Below, piece after piece: positions 1-9,314 of a stretch of 63,118 nucleotides of DNA. How positions within the stretch are numbered: the first letter of the stretch is position 1; each line of letters starts with the position of its first letter. A program made the position numbers and the translations under genes. The notes beneath the pieces are model-generated. The model saw only the letters and a list, made by a program, of their open reading frames with translations, had not been told where the DNA came from and ran no database searches. Source of the DNA: an uncultured Clostridium sp. (lineage in GTDB: Bacteria > Bacillota > Clostridia > Oscillospirales > CAG-272); contig CAZGJC010000004.1 of assembly GCA_964526505.1 (NCBI GenBank), positions 1 to 63,118 on the forward strand. Direction: 5' to 3'.

Positions 1-90
1 GTTTTCGTTATCTTTTGAGTCGTTATTATTACAAGCGACGAGGGATGATGCCACCAAAAGTGCGGCGAGAATTATGAGTAATTTTTTCAT
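1..90 (-). CDS. Lipoprotein precursor, first 30 codons only (gene runs off the left edge)
   Basis: Reverse-strand ATG at 88-90 with GGGAGG (complement of 98-103) 7 nt upstream. Translation is MKKLLIILAALLVASSLVACNNNDSKDNEN, a signal peptide plus lipobox L-V-A-C. Confidence 0.6.
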   Translation of the reverse strand, partial: MKKLLIILAALLVASSLVACNNNDSKDNEN

Positions 91-264
91 TTTTGTGCCT
101 CCCGTGATTTATATATCTTTTTTATGAATATTTCAACTAAACTTATAGTCTGATAAATATTATAGCATAGAAAAACATCAATGTCAATGGAATAGTGGCG
201 AAGAATTTAAATAAATTTTAAATTTTTTCGGATTATCGAATGATTGTCGGGGCTATGCGTTCGG

Positions 265-293
265 TTGACAAAAGCGGTGGTTTGATGTATAAT
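265..293 (+). promoter_or_regulatory. Sigma-A type promoter upstream of polA
   Basis: TTGACA (265-270), 17-nt spacer, TATAAT (288-293); about 30 nt before the polA RBS GAGGAG. Confidence 0.55.
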
Positions 294-324
294 TATTTCA
301 AGAAAAGTTCGAGGAGTTCTGAAA

Positions 325-2856
325 ATGAAAAAGTTATTATGTGTAGACGGAAACAGCATACTCAACAGGCAATTTTACGGGATAAGGTATCTCAGCACAA
401 GGGACGGTTTTCCGACCAATGCACTCTTTGGTCTTGTCAACGTTCTGGCACGTGAAGCGGAGAGAATAAAACCCGATTTTGCGGCAGTTGCGTTTGACGT
501 TTACGCACCTACTTTCAGGCACAAAATGTACGACGACTACAAGGCGGGCAGGCACGAGACGCCCGAGGCGTTGATTATGCAAATGGCACCTGCAAGGGAA
601 ATTTGTCGTGCCATGGGATTTATGCCACTTGAACTTGAAGGGTACGAAGCCGATGACATTTTAGGTACTTTATCGCATATGGCGGAGACATCTTTATGGG
701 AAGATGAGGAAATTGAGGCTTACGTACTTACGGGCGACAGGGACTCGTTGCAACTTATTTCCGAAAAAGTAAAGGTTTTGCTTGCCACAAACAATGACAC
801 AAGCGTTGTTGACGAGGGAGTGTTTTTTGAAAAATACGGGGTCTTGCCGTCGCAATTTGTAGACGTTAAAGCGATTATGGGTGACACGTCGGACAACATT
901 CCGGGAGTTCGGGGAATAGGCGAAAAGGGTGCGTTGAAACTTATAGCAGAGAACGGAAGTCTTGACGCAATATATGAAAATATTGATGAGATAAACGTTA
1001 CGCCCGGAGTAAGGACGAAACTTAAAGAGGGACGGGAGTCGGCGTACAAGTCGCAGGTACTTGCGAGAATAATTCGTGACGTGCCTCTCGGAATTTCGCT
1101 TTCCGACATTGAATATCACGGAATTGACAGAAAAGATGCCAAGAGGTTATTTGAGAAGTTCGACCTTTTTGCGTCGCTTAAAAAATACGGGCTTGACAAA
1201 GACGAAGAAAACGGTGCCGACATGGTTGAGGTCAACGTTGACGCAAAGGACATTGACGCCGACGGTCTTGTATCCCTTGACGGCGATATTTTCGCAATTG
1301 ATTTACAGGGGGATTTTGTTTATATCTCGGACGGCAAGTCGGTTTGGCGTATGGGTGTTTCGTCGGAGATTGAAGAATTTTTAAACTCGAAAAAGATTAT
1401 AGTTTACGATTGCAAAAGTCTTTACAAGCAACTCGGAAAATCGGGTATAAATACAAAGCGTGCGGATTTTGACGTAATGCTCGGTGCGTACGTACACGAT
1501 TCGGCACAGGGAAGTTACGCTCTCGACAGGATAGTATCCCTCTATTTAGGCGAGACTTTACGGGAAGATATACCATCGGTTTGGTACGTTGCAAGGCTAT
1601 ACAAACCCTTATGCGACGCTTTGGAAGCGACGGGTCAGAGTGAACTTTTATACAACGTGGAGATGCCCCTGGCGAGGGTACTTTGCAACATGGAAGAGAG
1701 GGGCGTTACGGTTGACTGTGCCGGTATTGAGGAATACGGCAGGCAACTTGACATGGCGGCGACAACTCTTGAAACTATGATATACGCATCCGCAGGTTGC
1801 ACTTTCAACATAAATTCGCCGAAGCAACTCGGTCAGGTATTATTTGAAACGTTGATGTTGCCGAACGGAAAGAAAACCAAAACGGGGTATTCGACAAGTG
1901 CGGAGGTTTTGGAGAAACTACGCAAGTATTATCCGATAATCGACGACGTACTTGAATATCGTCAGGTGACAAAACTCAAAAGCACGTACGTTGACGGATT
2001 ACTCAGGGGTGCGGACGGTTCAGGCAGAGTACACACGACGTTTAAGCAGACGGGAACGGCTACGGGACGGCTTTCGTCAACAGACCCAAATCTTCAAAAT
2101 ATACCGATAAGAACAGAAATGGGTCGTCAGTTCAGAAAATATTTTGTTGCGTCGTCTCCCGACAGGGTATTGATTGACGCAGATTACTCACAGATAGAGT
2201 TACGTGTGCTTGCACACATATCGGGCGACGAAAATATGATTGACGGATTTTTACACGAGGCGGACATTCACTCCTCGACCGCTTGTCGAATTTTCGGCGT
2301 TACCCCAGACCGGGTCAGCATTGAAATGAGAAAAAAAGCGAAAGCGATAAATTTCGGTATCCTTTACGGAATGGGAGAATATTCGCTTTCGGAGGATCTT
2401 AAAATATCCATTGCGAAAGCGAAAGAATACATCAGAAGTTATCTTGACGAATATCCGAAAATAGAAAAATATCTTTCGGACGTGGTGGAGCAGGCAAAGG
2501 CGTCCGGATACGTTACGACGCTTTTCGGAAGAAGAAGAAACATTCCCGAATTGTCCGCAAAGAACAAGAACATCAAGAATTTCGGTGAGAGAGTTGCGAT
2601 GAACAGTCCCATACAGGGAAGCAGTGCGGACATTATCAAAATGGCGATGATAAACGTTGACAGGCGTTTGAGGGAAAGCGGTACGGGAGCGGAGTTGCTT
2701 TTACAGGTACACGACGAGTTACTTATTGAGTCGCCAATCTCTTGTGCGGACGAGGTTCTCTCCATACTCAAAGAGGAAATGGAGGGGGCGGTGAGTCTTT
2801 CCGTGCCTCTTGAAGTTGAGGCTAAAATCGGAAAAACGTGGTTTGACTGTCATTGA
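325..2856 (+). CDS. polA: DNA polymerase I
   Basis: 843-aa ORF. It has an N-terminal 5'-3' exonuclease/FEN domain (LLCVDGNSILNRQFYG, GDRDSLQL, GVRGIGEKGA). The C-terminal family A polymerase motifs are DYSQIELRVLAH, KAINFGILYG and QVHDELL. The central 3'-5' exonuclease-like region lacks the DxE motif, as in Bacillus-type Pol I. Confidence 0.95.
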   Translation: MKKLLCVDGNSILNRQFYGIRYLSTRDGFPTNALFGLVNVLAREAERIKPDFAAVAFDVYAPTFRHKMYDDYKAGRHETPEALIMQMAPAREICRAMGFMPLELEGYEADDILGTLSHMAETSLWEDEEIEAYVLTGDRDSLQLISEKVKVLLATNNDTSVVDEGVFFEKYGVLPSQFVDVKAIMGDTSDNIPGVRGIGEKGALKLIAENGSLDAIYENIDEINVTPGVRTKLKEGRESAYKSQVLARIIRDVPLGISLSDIEYHGIDRKDAKRLFEKFDLFASLKKYGLDKDEENGADMVEVNVDAKDIDADGLVSLDGDIFAIDLQGDFVYISDGKSVWRMGVSSEIEEFLNSKKIIVYDCKSLYKQLGKSGINTKRADFDVMLGAYVHDSAQGSYALDRIVSLYLGETLREDIPSVWYVARLYKPLCDALEATGQSELLYNVEMPLARVLCNMEERGVTVDCAGIEEYGRQLDMAATTLETMIYASAGCTFNINSPKQLGQVLFETLMLPNGKKTKTGYSTSAEVLEKLRKYYPIIDDVLEYRQVTKLKSTYVDGLLRGADGSGRVHTTFKQTGTATGRLSSTDPNLQNIPIRTEMGRQFRKYFVASSPDRVLIDADYSQIELRVLAHISGDENMIDGFLHEADIHSSTACRIFGVTPDRVSIEMRKKAKAINFGILYGMGEYSLSEDLKISIAKAKEYIRSYLDEYPKIEKYLSDVVEQAKASGYVTTLFGRRRNIPELSAKNKNIKNFGERVAMNSPIQGSSADIIKMAMINVDRRLRESGTGAELLLQVHDELLIESPISCADEVLSILKEEMEGAVSLSVPLEVEAKIGKTWFDCH

Positions 2857-2994
2857 TTTTTGTCAAATTGAGACAAATAATTCGTCTTTTGTAAATTTTT
2901 TTATTGAATATTCACCTTGTTAGTTTAAAATAATTGTGATATAATTTAGCACAGACATATGTATATACACATTAAAATAACAAGGAGTAAAAAA

Positions 2995-4155
2995 ATGAGT
3001 AAAGCGAAAAAGTATTTAAAGAGATACTTTGTTGACGCTATGGGTGCAATGGCACTCGGTCTTTTTGCGTCACTTCTTATAGGAACGATATTCGGAACGA
3101 TTGGAAAATACGTAAACGGTTCTAATATCGACAATGAATTTTTAAAGTCTTTGGCGGAGATATTCAACACGATTGCCACTTATGCAAAAGCCGCTACGGG
3201 TATGGCTATCGGAGTTGCGATTGCATACAAACTGGGAGCAAGTCCGTTGGTTATGTTTTCATCGGCGGCTGTCGGAGCGATGTCAAACGCCATGGGTGCG
3301 GTTATAAATGATGGCTCGATTACAAAGTGGGCGGCAACGTCCGGCGACGGTTCGGGAATATTTTATGCGGCAGGACCTGCGGGAGCGTTCTTTGCGGTGA
3401 TAGTTGCCTGCGAGGTCGGAATGCTTGTATCGAAGAAAACGAAGGTTGACATACTTGTTACGCCCGTTGTAACTCTTGTTGCGGGATTTTTTGCGAGTTT
3501 CCTGCTTTGTCCGCTTGTTTCGTACGTTATGTACTATCTCGGAGTATTTATCGCAACGGCGACGACTTTCCAGCCTTTACTTATGGGAATTGTCGTATCT
3601 GTGGTTGTTGGAATTATTTTGACGCTTCCGATATCGAGTGCGGCGATTTGTGCGATGATTTTCTCTGCGTCCGCTCTTGAAGTTGCAATCGCAAACGGAA
3701 CGTCCGAGGGATTTCTGCTTGCCGGCGGTGCGGCGGTTGCCGGATGTTGCACACAGATGGTCGGATTTGCGGTTTCGAGTTTCAGAGAAAACAAATGGGG
3801 CGGAATTGTATCACAGGGGCTTGGAACTTCCATGCTTCAAATGGGCAACATATGCAAAAATCCGAGAATATGGTTACCTCCCACGCTTGCGGCGGCCATA
3901 ACGGGTCCCATATCCACGGTTGTTTTTAAACTCAAATGCGAGGGTGTTGCCGCCGGTATGGGTACGTGCGGAATGGTCGGTCCTATCGGTGTTATTGACC
4001 GAATGGCAACTGACGGGCTTTTAGGCGACGCATTTACGTGGATTGGTCTTGTACTTATTTGCATCGTACTTCCCGCTGTATTATCTCTTCTTTTCAGTGA
4101 GATAATGAGAAAAATAGGTTGGATAAAGAAGAACGATATGCTTCTTGACGATTGA
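2995..4155 (+). CDS. Polytopic membrane permease, PTS EIIC_2-like family (assignment from memory of the N-terminal motif)
   Basis: ATG at 2995 follows AAGGAG; the ORF-track start at 2959 has no RBS. The protein has about 10 hydrophobic segments. The N-terminus KRYFVDAMGAMALGLFASLLIG resembles orphan EIIC-type permeases of Firmicutes. Confidence 0.45.
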   Translation: MSKAKKYLKRYFVDAMGAMALGLFASLLIGTIFGTIGKYVNGSNIDNEFLKSLAEIFNTIATYAKAATGMAIGVAIAYKLGASPLVMFSSAAVGAMSNAMGAVINDGSITKWAATSGDGSGIFYAAGPAGAFFAVIVACEVGMLVSKKTKVDILVTPVVTLVAGFFASFLLCPLVSYVMYYLGVFIATATTFQPLLMGIVVSVVVGIILTLPISSAAICAMIFSASALEVAIANGTSEGFLLAGGAAVAGCCTQMVGFAVSSFRENKWGGIVSQGLGTSMLQMGNICKNPRIWLPPTLAAAITGPISTVVFKLKCEGVAAGMGTCGMVGPIGVIDRMATDGLLGDAFTWIGLVLICIVLPAVLSLLFSEIMRKIGWIKKNDMLLDD

Positions 4156-4163
4156 TACATTTT

Positions 4164-4197
4164 AAAAAATCCCCGATTGAGGTCGGGGATTTTTTTC
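4164..4197. terminator. Rho-independent terminator (A-run / hairpin / T-run, bidirectional shape)
   Basis: ATCCCCGA (4169-4176) pairs with TCGGGGAT (4183-4190), followed by T7. Confidence 0.8.
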
Positions 4198-4299
4198 ATA
4201 CAAAATTAACTTATAAAATTGAAAAAAGGGGTTGAAAGTTTTAAATCTTTCTGATATAATAATAACGTACTTTGATTTAGGGTACACTTTAAAAAACAA

Positions 4300-4600
4300 C
4301 TATGTTGTGAAATAAGGCCATACCAGCCGGGGAAGTAGCGGAGCCCTGAACCTGAAATCCGCTATACAGGGGTGGATCCCGCATTTGAGGGTGGACCCTT
4401 TACGAGTTAGGCATATCTGCTGTGCTGACGGGCGGGTCTTACGCAATTGAGAGCCGTGAAATATGTCAGGTGGGGAACCAAGCAGCATTAAGCGGTAAAC
4501 TTGATGTGCCGTGAGGTAGCCTGCCCTGAGCAGGAGATATGATGCTTGCGTGGAGGAAAAACACGAACTTGCGGTGTATGGTCTTATTTCACAACATAGT
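4300..4600 (+). ncRNA. ffs: Signal recognition particle RNA, long (Bacillus-type, Alu domain-containing) form
   Basis: A ~25-bp terminal helix pairs 4300-4324 with 4575-4599. The domain IV motif GTCAGGTGGGGAACCAAGCAGC lies at 4465-4486, with a GGAA tetraloop closed by TGG/CCA and an AGCAGC loop. A T5 tail follows. The position immediately upstream of dnaX matches the scr-dnaX-yaaK-recR arrangement in Firmicutes. Confidence 0.85.
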
Positions 4601-4645
4601 TTTTTACGCACAATTCAACTGTAAGTTTTGAGAGGAGGAGCGGAT

Positions 4646-6289
4646 TTGCATAAAGCGTTATACCGAAAGTGGAGACCTCGCAATTTTGACGAGGTATGCG
4701 GTCAGGAACACATTACTTCGATTTTGAAGTATGAAATTCAAAACTCCAAATTTTCTCACGCATATCTGTTTTGCGGTTCAAGAGGAACGGGAAAGACCAC
4801 TTGTGCTAAAATTCTCTCAAAAGCGGTGAACTGTCTGTCTCCCGTGGGCGGTAATCCTTGCGGTGAATGCGAAGCCTGCAAGATGATAGAATCGGGTGCG
4901 ACTACCGACGTACTTGAAATGGACGCCGCTTCAAACAATGGCGTTGACAACATCAGAGACATAAGGGACGAGGTTGTCTATGCTCCGTCGTCACTCAAAT
5001 ACAGGGTATACATAATAGACGAGGTACACATGCTTTCCACAAGTGCGTTTAACGCACTTCTCAAAACTCTGGAAGAGCCTCCGTCACACGTTGTATTTAT
5101 ACTTGCAACCACGGAACTTCACAAGTTACCCGCAACGATAATATCACGCTGTCAGCGTTTTGATTTTCGCAGAATATCTACCGAGACGCTCAAAAACAGG
5201 CTCGTCTACATTGCAGGTCAAGAGGAAATCGATTTGTGTGAGGATGTCGCCGTCATGCTTGCAAAACAGGCACAGGGCGGAATGAGAGACGCTATCAGTT
5301 TACTTGAACTTTGTGCGGGAAGTCGTGAGAAAATAACGCCCGAACTTGTCAACGTTACGATAGGGTCAAGCGGACGTGAGGAAATGCTCGCCGTTGTCGG
5401 AGCGATATGCGACAAGGATTACGAGAAGATATTTTCGGCGGTTGACGAGGTTATAAAATCGTCAAGAGACATAACGGTCTTTTGGCAGGATTTGATTTCG
5501 GTTTACAGAGATCTGCTTATAATGAAAACCTCGAAGAACGCATCTGAATATTTGGATTTGACGGACAGTGAATTTCAGAGTATGAGTGAGATAGCGTCAC
5601 GGCTTTCAAAAGAGCAATTGAGTTATCACTGCTCGCTTGTTGAGGACGCACTGTTTTCCATGCAGAAGGCAAATTCCATACGGAGAATAGTTGCCGAACT
5701 TACGCTTGTTAAGATGTGCGACACCACGCTTTCGGTTTCGACGGACGCATTACTTGCACGCATATCGGCACTTGAAAACAAACTTGCCGGTGTCGATACG
5801 ACGAATATTAAGTCAAACGTTGACACTCAAACGAGAGAGGGCGTATCTGAGACAAAACCCGTCACTCGCAAGTCGGTTCCGATATATGATGACGATGACG
5901 AGGCTTTCAGAGGTGACGCACCGATGACGGCAAAGTCGGAAATTAAAAAAGAAGAAAATAAAGTTTCGTCCGCCACACGGCAGTTAAGACCTTTTAAGAG
6001 TCGTGCCGAAGTGCTTGAAAAATTCACGGAAACGGATTCAATGTTGGCGTCGTTTTACAAGGCGTCGAAATGGTACGTTGATACAAACGGGCGAGTTATA
6101 TTGAAGTTTCCGGACAAATATTCGGCAGAAAACGCAAAGTTATTCGATTCACAAGGAGTATTTTTCAAGATATTGAGCGATATGTCGGGCAGGCATTACG
6201 GAAAAGACAACGTGGATTACGAATATGAAAGCGGTGTTGCAAAATCGTCTGTAATCGACGAAATACTTGACGCCGCAAACGGCGATTGA
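4646..6289 (+). CDS. dnaX: DNA polymerase III subunit gamma/tau
   Basis: TTG at 4646 follows GAGAGGAGGAG (ORF-track start 4628 trimmed). It has the N-terminal YRKWRPRNFDEV, Walker A GSRGTGKTT, the Zn module CGECEAC, Walker B IIDEVHML and the SRC motif. Confidence 0.92.
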   Translation: MHKALYRKWRPRNFDEVCGQEHITSILKYEIQNSKFSHAYLFCGSRGTGKTTCAKILSKAVNCLSPVGGNPCGECEACKMIESGATTDVLEMDAASNNGVDNIRDIRDEVVYAPSSLKYRVYIIDEVHMLSTSAFNALLKTLEEPPSHVVFILATTELHKLPATIISRCQRFDFRRISTETLKNRLVYIAGQEEIDLCEDVAVMLAKQAQGGMRDAISLLELCAGSREKITPELVNVTIGSSGREEMLAVVGAICDKDYEKIFSAVDEVIKSSRDITVFWQDLISVYRDLLIMKTSKNASEYLDLTDSEFQSMSEIASRLSKEQLSYHCSLVEDALFSMQKANSIRRIVAELTLVKMCDTTLSVSTDALLARISALENKLAGVDTTNIKSNVDTQTREGVSETKPVTRKSVPIYDDDDEAFRGDAPMTAKSEIKKEENKVSSATRQLRPFKSRAEVLEKFTETDSMLASFYKASKWYVDTNGRVILKFPDKYSAENAKLFDSQGVFFKILSDMSGRHYGKDNVDYEYESGVAKSSVIDEILDAANGD

Positions 6290-6336
6290 AATAATTTAAA
6301 AAATAAAATGACTTAAATACAAGGAGAATTTTAAAA

Positions 6337-6684
6337 ATGAGAGCGAACATACCGAAGGGAATGGGCGGTGGCCCCGGAAATATGCAGGCGATGATTCGTC
6401 AGGCACAGAAAATGCAGGAGGATATGACTCAAAAGCAGGAAGAACTCGACGCAAGAGAATACGACATCAAAGCGGGCGGCGGAGTTGTCGCTGTAAAAAT
6501 AAACGGTAAAAAAGAGATTTTATCTATTGACATAAAGCCCGAAATAGTTGATCCCGACGACGTGGAAACGTTATCCGACATACTTGTTGCCGCAGTCAAC
6601 GAGGCTATAAAGACGGTTGAAAGCACGAACAACGATGAAATGTCAAAGATAACGGGCGGTCTTAACATGCCCGGTATGTTCTGA
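6337..6684 (+). CDS. ybaB: Nucleoid-associated protein YbaB/EbfC
   Basis: 115 aa. Motifs are MQAMIRQAQKMQEDM, GGGVVAVKINGK and the C-terminal tail GGLNMPGMF. It sits between dnaX and recR. Confidence 0.9.
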   Translation: MRANIPKGMGGGPGNMQAMIRQAQKMQEDMTQKQEELDAREYDIKAGGGVVAVKINGKKEILSIDIKPEIVDPDDVETLSDILVAAVNEAIKTVESTNNDEMSKITGGLNMPGMF

Positions 6685-6685
6685 T

Positions 6686-7285
6686 ATGGCCGAGTACATC
6701 GAATCACTGCAACGTCTTGCGGAAAATTTCGGTCGGCTTGAAGGTGTCGGAAAAAAGAGTGCTATGAGAATGGCTTTTTCGGTACTTGATATGTCAGTTG
6801 AGGATGCACAATCTCTTGCGATTTCCATAATGGACGCAAAAGAGAAAATTCACCTCTGTCCCGTTTGTCAGAACATTACCGATCGTGATTTATGTCTCAT
6901 ATGTTCCGACGACAGTCGTGACAAGTCTACAATATGTGTTGTGGCTGACCCGAAAGCGGTAATATCAATGGAAAAAGTAAGGGAATACAAGGGCGTATAC
7001 CACGTACTCGGAGGCGTTATATCTCCGATGAACGGAATTACTCCCGACAAACTCAAAATAAAAGAACTTCTTGCACGCATAGGTGACGGAGACGTTCGTG
7101 AGGTTATCGTTGCAACCAATCCCACTGTTGAGGGAGAGGCGACTGCAATGTACATTTCCCGTATACTTAAACCTCTCGGTGTTAAAGTTTCACGTCTGGC
7201 TTACGGTATATCCGTCGGTGCGGATATTGAATATGCCGACGCCGTGACGCTTAATCGAGCGATTGAGGGCAGAAGAGAAATATAA
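6686..7285 (+). CDS. recR: Recombination protein RecR
   Basis: 199 aa with a helix-hairpin-helix (LPGVG-like LEGVGKKSA), a C4 zinc finger (CPVCQNITDRDLCLIC) and a Toprim domain. Confidence 0.93.
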   Translation: MAEYIESLQRLAENFGRLEGVGKKSAMRMAFSVLDMSVEDAQSLAISIMDAKEKIHLCPVCQNITDRDLCLICSDDSRDKSTICVVADPKAVISMEKVREYKGVYHVLGGVISPMNGITPDKLKIKELLARIGDGDVREVIVATNPTVEGEATAMYISRILKPLGVKVSRLAYGISVGADIEYADAVTLNRAIEGRREI

Positions 7286-7292
7286 TATACGT

Positions 7293-7329
7293 AAAAAAAG
7301 ACGTCGATTTTTATCGACGTCTTTTTTTT
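7293..7329. terminator. Bidirectional rho-independent terminator between convergent recR and mgtE
   Basis: A7, then the 10-bp stem AGACGTCGAT/ATCGACGTCT with a TTTT loop, then T8. Confidence 0.85.
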
Positions 7330-7345
7330 CGTTTGTCTTGAATAT

Positions 7346-8764
7346 TTAAACAAGATGCAACCAATTTATAAGTATAATCCATGAAAGACCGTAATATGAG
7401 ATTACGGCAACAAGGTCATTGACGGTAGTGATAAGCGGACCGGAAGCGACTGCCGGGTCAACTCCGATTTTTTGGAAAAATATCGGTATGACAGTACCCG
7501 AAAGCGAGGATATGAGCATTGCGAGGAGCATGGCTATTCCGAGACAAGCGGATACGGTAAATGCGAACGGCATGTCATAGCCTTTGATGCAGAGATAAGC
7601 ACCGATACAAGCGAAAGAGAGCAGTCCCATAATTATGCCGTTTGACAAACCGACACGCATTTCTTTCCAAATAAGTCCCAATTTTTTTCTGCCGCCGATT
7701 TGTTTATCCATAAGTACACGAATGGCGACAGCAAGCGATTGAGTTCCGACGTTACCTGCCATATCGAGAACAAGAGATTGGAAGCACATAATTATCGGCA
7801 GTTGAGCGACAATGGATTCGAAAAGTCCGACCGTTGCCGAAACTCCGAGACCGAGGACAAGCAATATCGAAAGCCAAGGCAATCTTTTTTTGACACTGTA
7901 ACGGACGGGTTCGGTAAGGTCTTCCTCGGAGGTGAGACCGCCGAGCTTCGCATAGTCTTCACCGAGTTCGTCGTCTATGACTTCCATAAAATCTTCTGCG
8001 GTGACAACACCTATAAGTTTGTTTCCGTCATCAAGGACGGGGATTGAGGATTCGGAATAGTCGATGAACGACGACATACATTCGTCGGTTTTTTCTTTTG
8101 CGTACACGTAAGGGTGAGAAAATTTAATTATATTTTGGAGCGGAGTTGAGTCACGCGCGACAATAAGGTCTTTGAGGTCTATTGCTCCGCAGAAAGTTTT
8201 ATCCTTATCAACTACATAAATAACCGAGACGTTATCGTTATCGGCTGCCTGACAAACGAGTTCGGACATTGCCTCTTTTACGGTACAGGTCTCGCAGATT
8301 TCGATGAAATTTGTGGACATTTTACTGCCTATTTCATCGTCGTCAAAGGAATTTATCAGTTTTACGTCACGCCGAGCCTCTGGACTCATAAGGTCGGTGA
8401 GCATATCTCTTTGCTCACGAGGCAAAAGGTCGAGAACGTCTGCGGCACTTGACGCTTCCATAAGAGAAAGCACCTCCACTTTTTGACGTACAGTCAGAAT
8501 ATTAAAATATTTAAGTACGTCTTCGGAGTATTCGAGAATATTTACAACGTCGTCAAGAGACAGTATCTTAAAGAGTTTTTTGAGTTCTTCGTCGCTTAGG
8601 AGTTCGAGCGACAGAGCGATATCTTTTTCGTGGTATGCAAGAATTTCTTCTTTCATCTTCTTAGGTGTCAGAGTACTTCTTACGATTGCGACGATTTCGT
8701 TACAGATATCGGGAAGTGCAAGGTTTGTGCTTGCGGTGATTTCTTTGTTTTTTACGTTCTTCAT
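7346..8764 (-). CDS. mgtE: Magnesium transporter MgtE
   Basis: The layout is an N-domain, tandem CBS domains and a 5-TM C-terminal domain (GNVGTQSLAVAIR, PLITTVNDL). The start was trimmed to the ATG at 8764, which follows GGAAAGGA. Confidence 0.9.
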   Translation of the reverse strand: MKNVKNKEITASTNLALPDICNEIVAIVRSTLTPKKMKEEILAYHEKDIALSLELLSDEELKKLFKILSLDDVVNILEYSEDVLKYFNILTVRQKVEVLSLMEASSAADVLDLLPREQRDMLTDLMSPEARRDVKLINSFDDDEIGSKMSTNFIEICETCTVKEAMSELVCQAADNDNVSVIYVVDKDKTFCGAIDLKDLIVARDSTPLQNIIKFSHPYVYAKEKTDECMSSFIDYSESSIPVLDDGNKLIGVVTAEDFMEVIDDELGEDYAKLGGLTSEEDLTEPVRYSVKKRLPWLSILLVLGLGVSATVGLFESIVAQLPIIMCFQSLVLDMAGNVGTQSLAVAIRVLMDKQIGGRKKLGLIWKEMRVGLSNGIIMGLLSFACIGAYLCIKGYDMPFAFTVSACLGIAMLLAMLISSLSGTVIPIFFQKIGVDPAVASGPLITTVNDLVAVISYYGLSWIILINWLHLV

Positions 8765-8929
8765 AACCGTTCCTTTCCGTCGGCAAAAGCCGAACAATGA
8801 ATTTTGTGTGATACAAAGTCCAAGTCGAAAAGGGCAAAAAAAGCCCGTTGCACGACAATGGGTGATATATCACCGTCACAAATTACAGGTCATGCAATTG
8901 TGCGAAATTATCGGACAACGGTATATTTA

Positions 8930-9052
8930 TTGCAACGCAAAATGAGGTCAGACCATGGACAGCCTGCCACAAGTTATACAATAGCATAAATGTACCTTAT
9001 CCGCACGTTTACCGCAACTACTGCCGCCGTCCATAATCTCACCTCGCTTTTT
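8930..9052 (-). promoter_or_regulatory. M-box (ykoK-type) Mg2+ riboswitch-like aptamer in the mgtE leader
   Basis: The reverse strand reads GCGAGGUGAGA...GGCGGCAGUAGUUGCGG...GAUAAGGUAC...CCAUGGUCUGACCUC. This resembles, from memory, the B. subtilis mgtE leader blocks AGGUGAGG / GCUGCUGCC / AUAAGGU / CCAUACAGUGCUAAAGCUC. The P1 pairing is GAGGU/ACCUC. It starts about 20 nt after the promoter -10. Confidence 0.6.
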
Positions 9053-9074
9053 AAATCAAATATTTTACCCGAAT

Positions 9075-9103
9075 ATTATAATTCGTATTTTTTTGAAAAT
9101 CAA
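9075..9103 (-). promoter_or_regulatory. Sigma-A type promoter for the mgtE leader
   Basis: On the reverse strand: TTGATT (9103-9098), 17-nt spacer, TATAAT (9080-9075). Confidence 0.55.
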
Positions 9104-9156
9104 TACCCACGAAAAAATATTCATAAAATAGTTACAAGTTTTGATTTTCGCAAATA

Positions 9157-9189
9157 GAAAAACACCCGCACTTTTGCACGGGTGTTTTT
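9157..9189. terminator. Terminator hairpin downstream of tRNA-Thr (A5 / stem / T5)
   Basis: ACACCCG (9162-9168) pairs with CGGGTGT (9179-9185) and is flanked by A and T runs. It insulates the tRNA from the mgtE promoter. Confidence 0.7.
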
Positions 9190-9264
9190 GGAGCTGGTAA
9201 TCAGAATCGAACTGATGACCTCGTCATTACCAATGACGTGCTCTACCGACTGAGCCATACCAGC
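9189..9264 (-). tRNA. tRNA-Thr (anticodon GGU), CCA encoded
   Basis: The reverse complement folds as a cloverleaf. Acceptor is GCTGGTA/TACCAGC and the D stem is GCTC/GAGC. The anticodon stem CGTCA/TGACG carries the loop TTGGTAA. The T arm is ATCAG-TTCGATT-CTGAT. Total length is 76 nt with a 3' CCA. Confidence 0.93.
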
Positions 9265-9285
9265 GTCAAATGAACTGACTTGACT

Positions 9286-9314
9286 ATTATATCAAACAAA
9301 AATATGTTTGTCAA
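9286..9314 (-). promoter_or_regulatory. Consensus sigma-A promoter for tRNA-Thr
   Basis: On the reverse strand: TTGACA (9314-9309), 17 nt, TATAAT (9291-9286); about 21 nt upstream of the mature tRNA 5' end. Confidence 0.65.

Noticed and set aside
4300-4611. 103-aa minus-strand ORF in the ORF track
   Set aside because: It lies entirely within the SRP RNA gene, whose terminal helix, domain IV motif and synteny with dnaX are clear. It has no RBS, and the product is Cys/Arg-rich and low-complexity.
8580-8945. 121-aa plus-strand ORF spanning the mgtE 5' end and leader
   Set aside because: It overlaps the mgtE coding start and the M-box-like leader on the opposite strand. It has no RBS and a low-complexity Ser-rich N-terminus.
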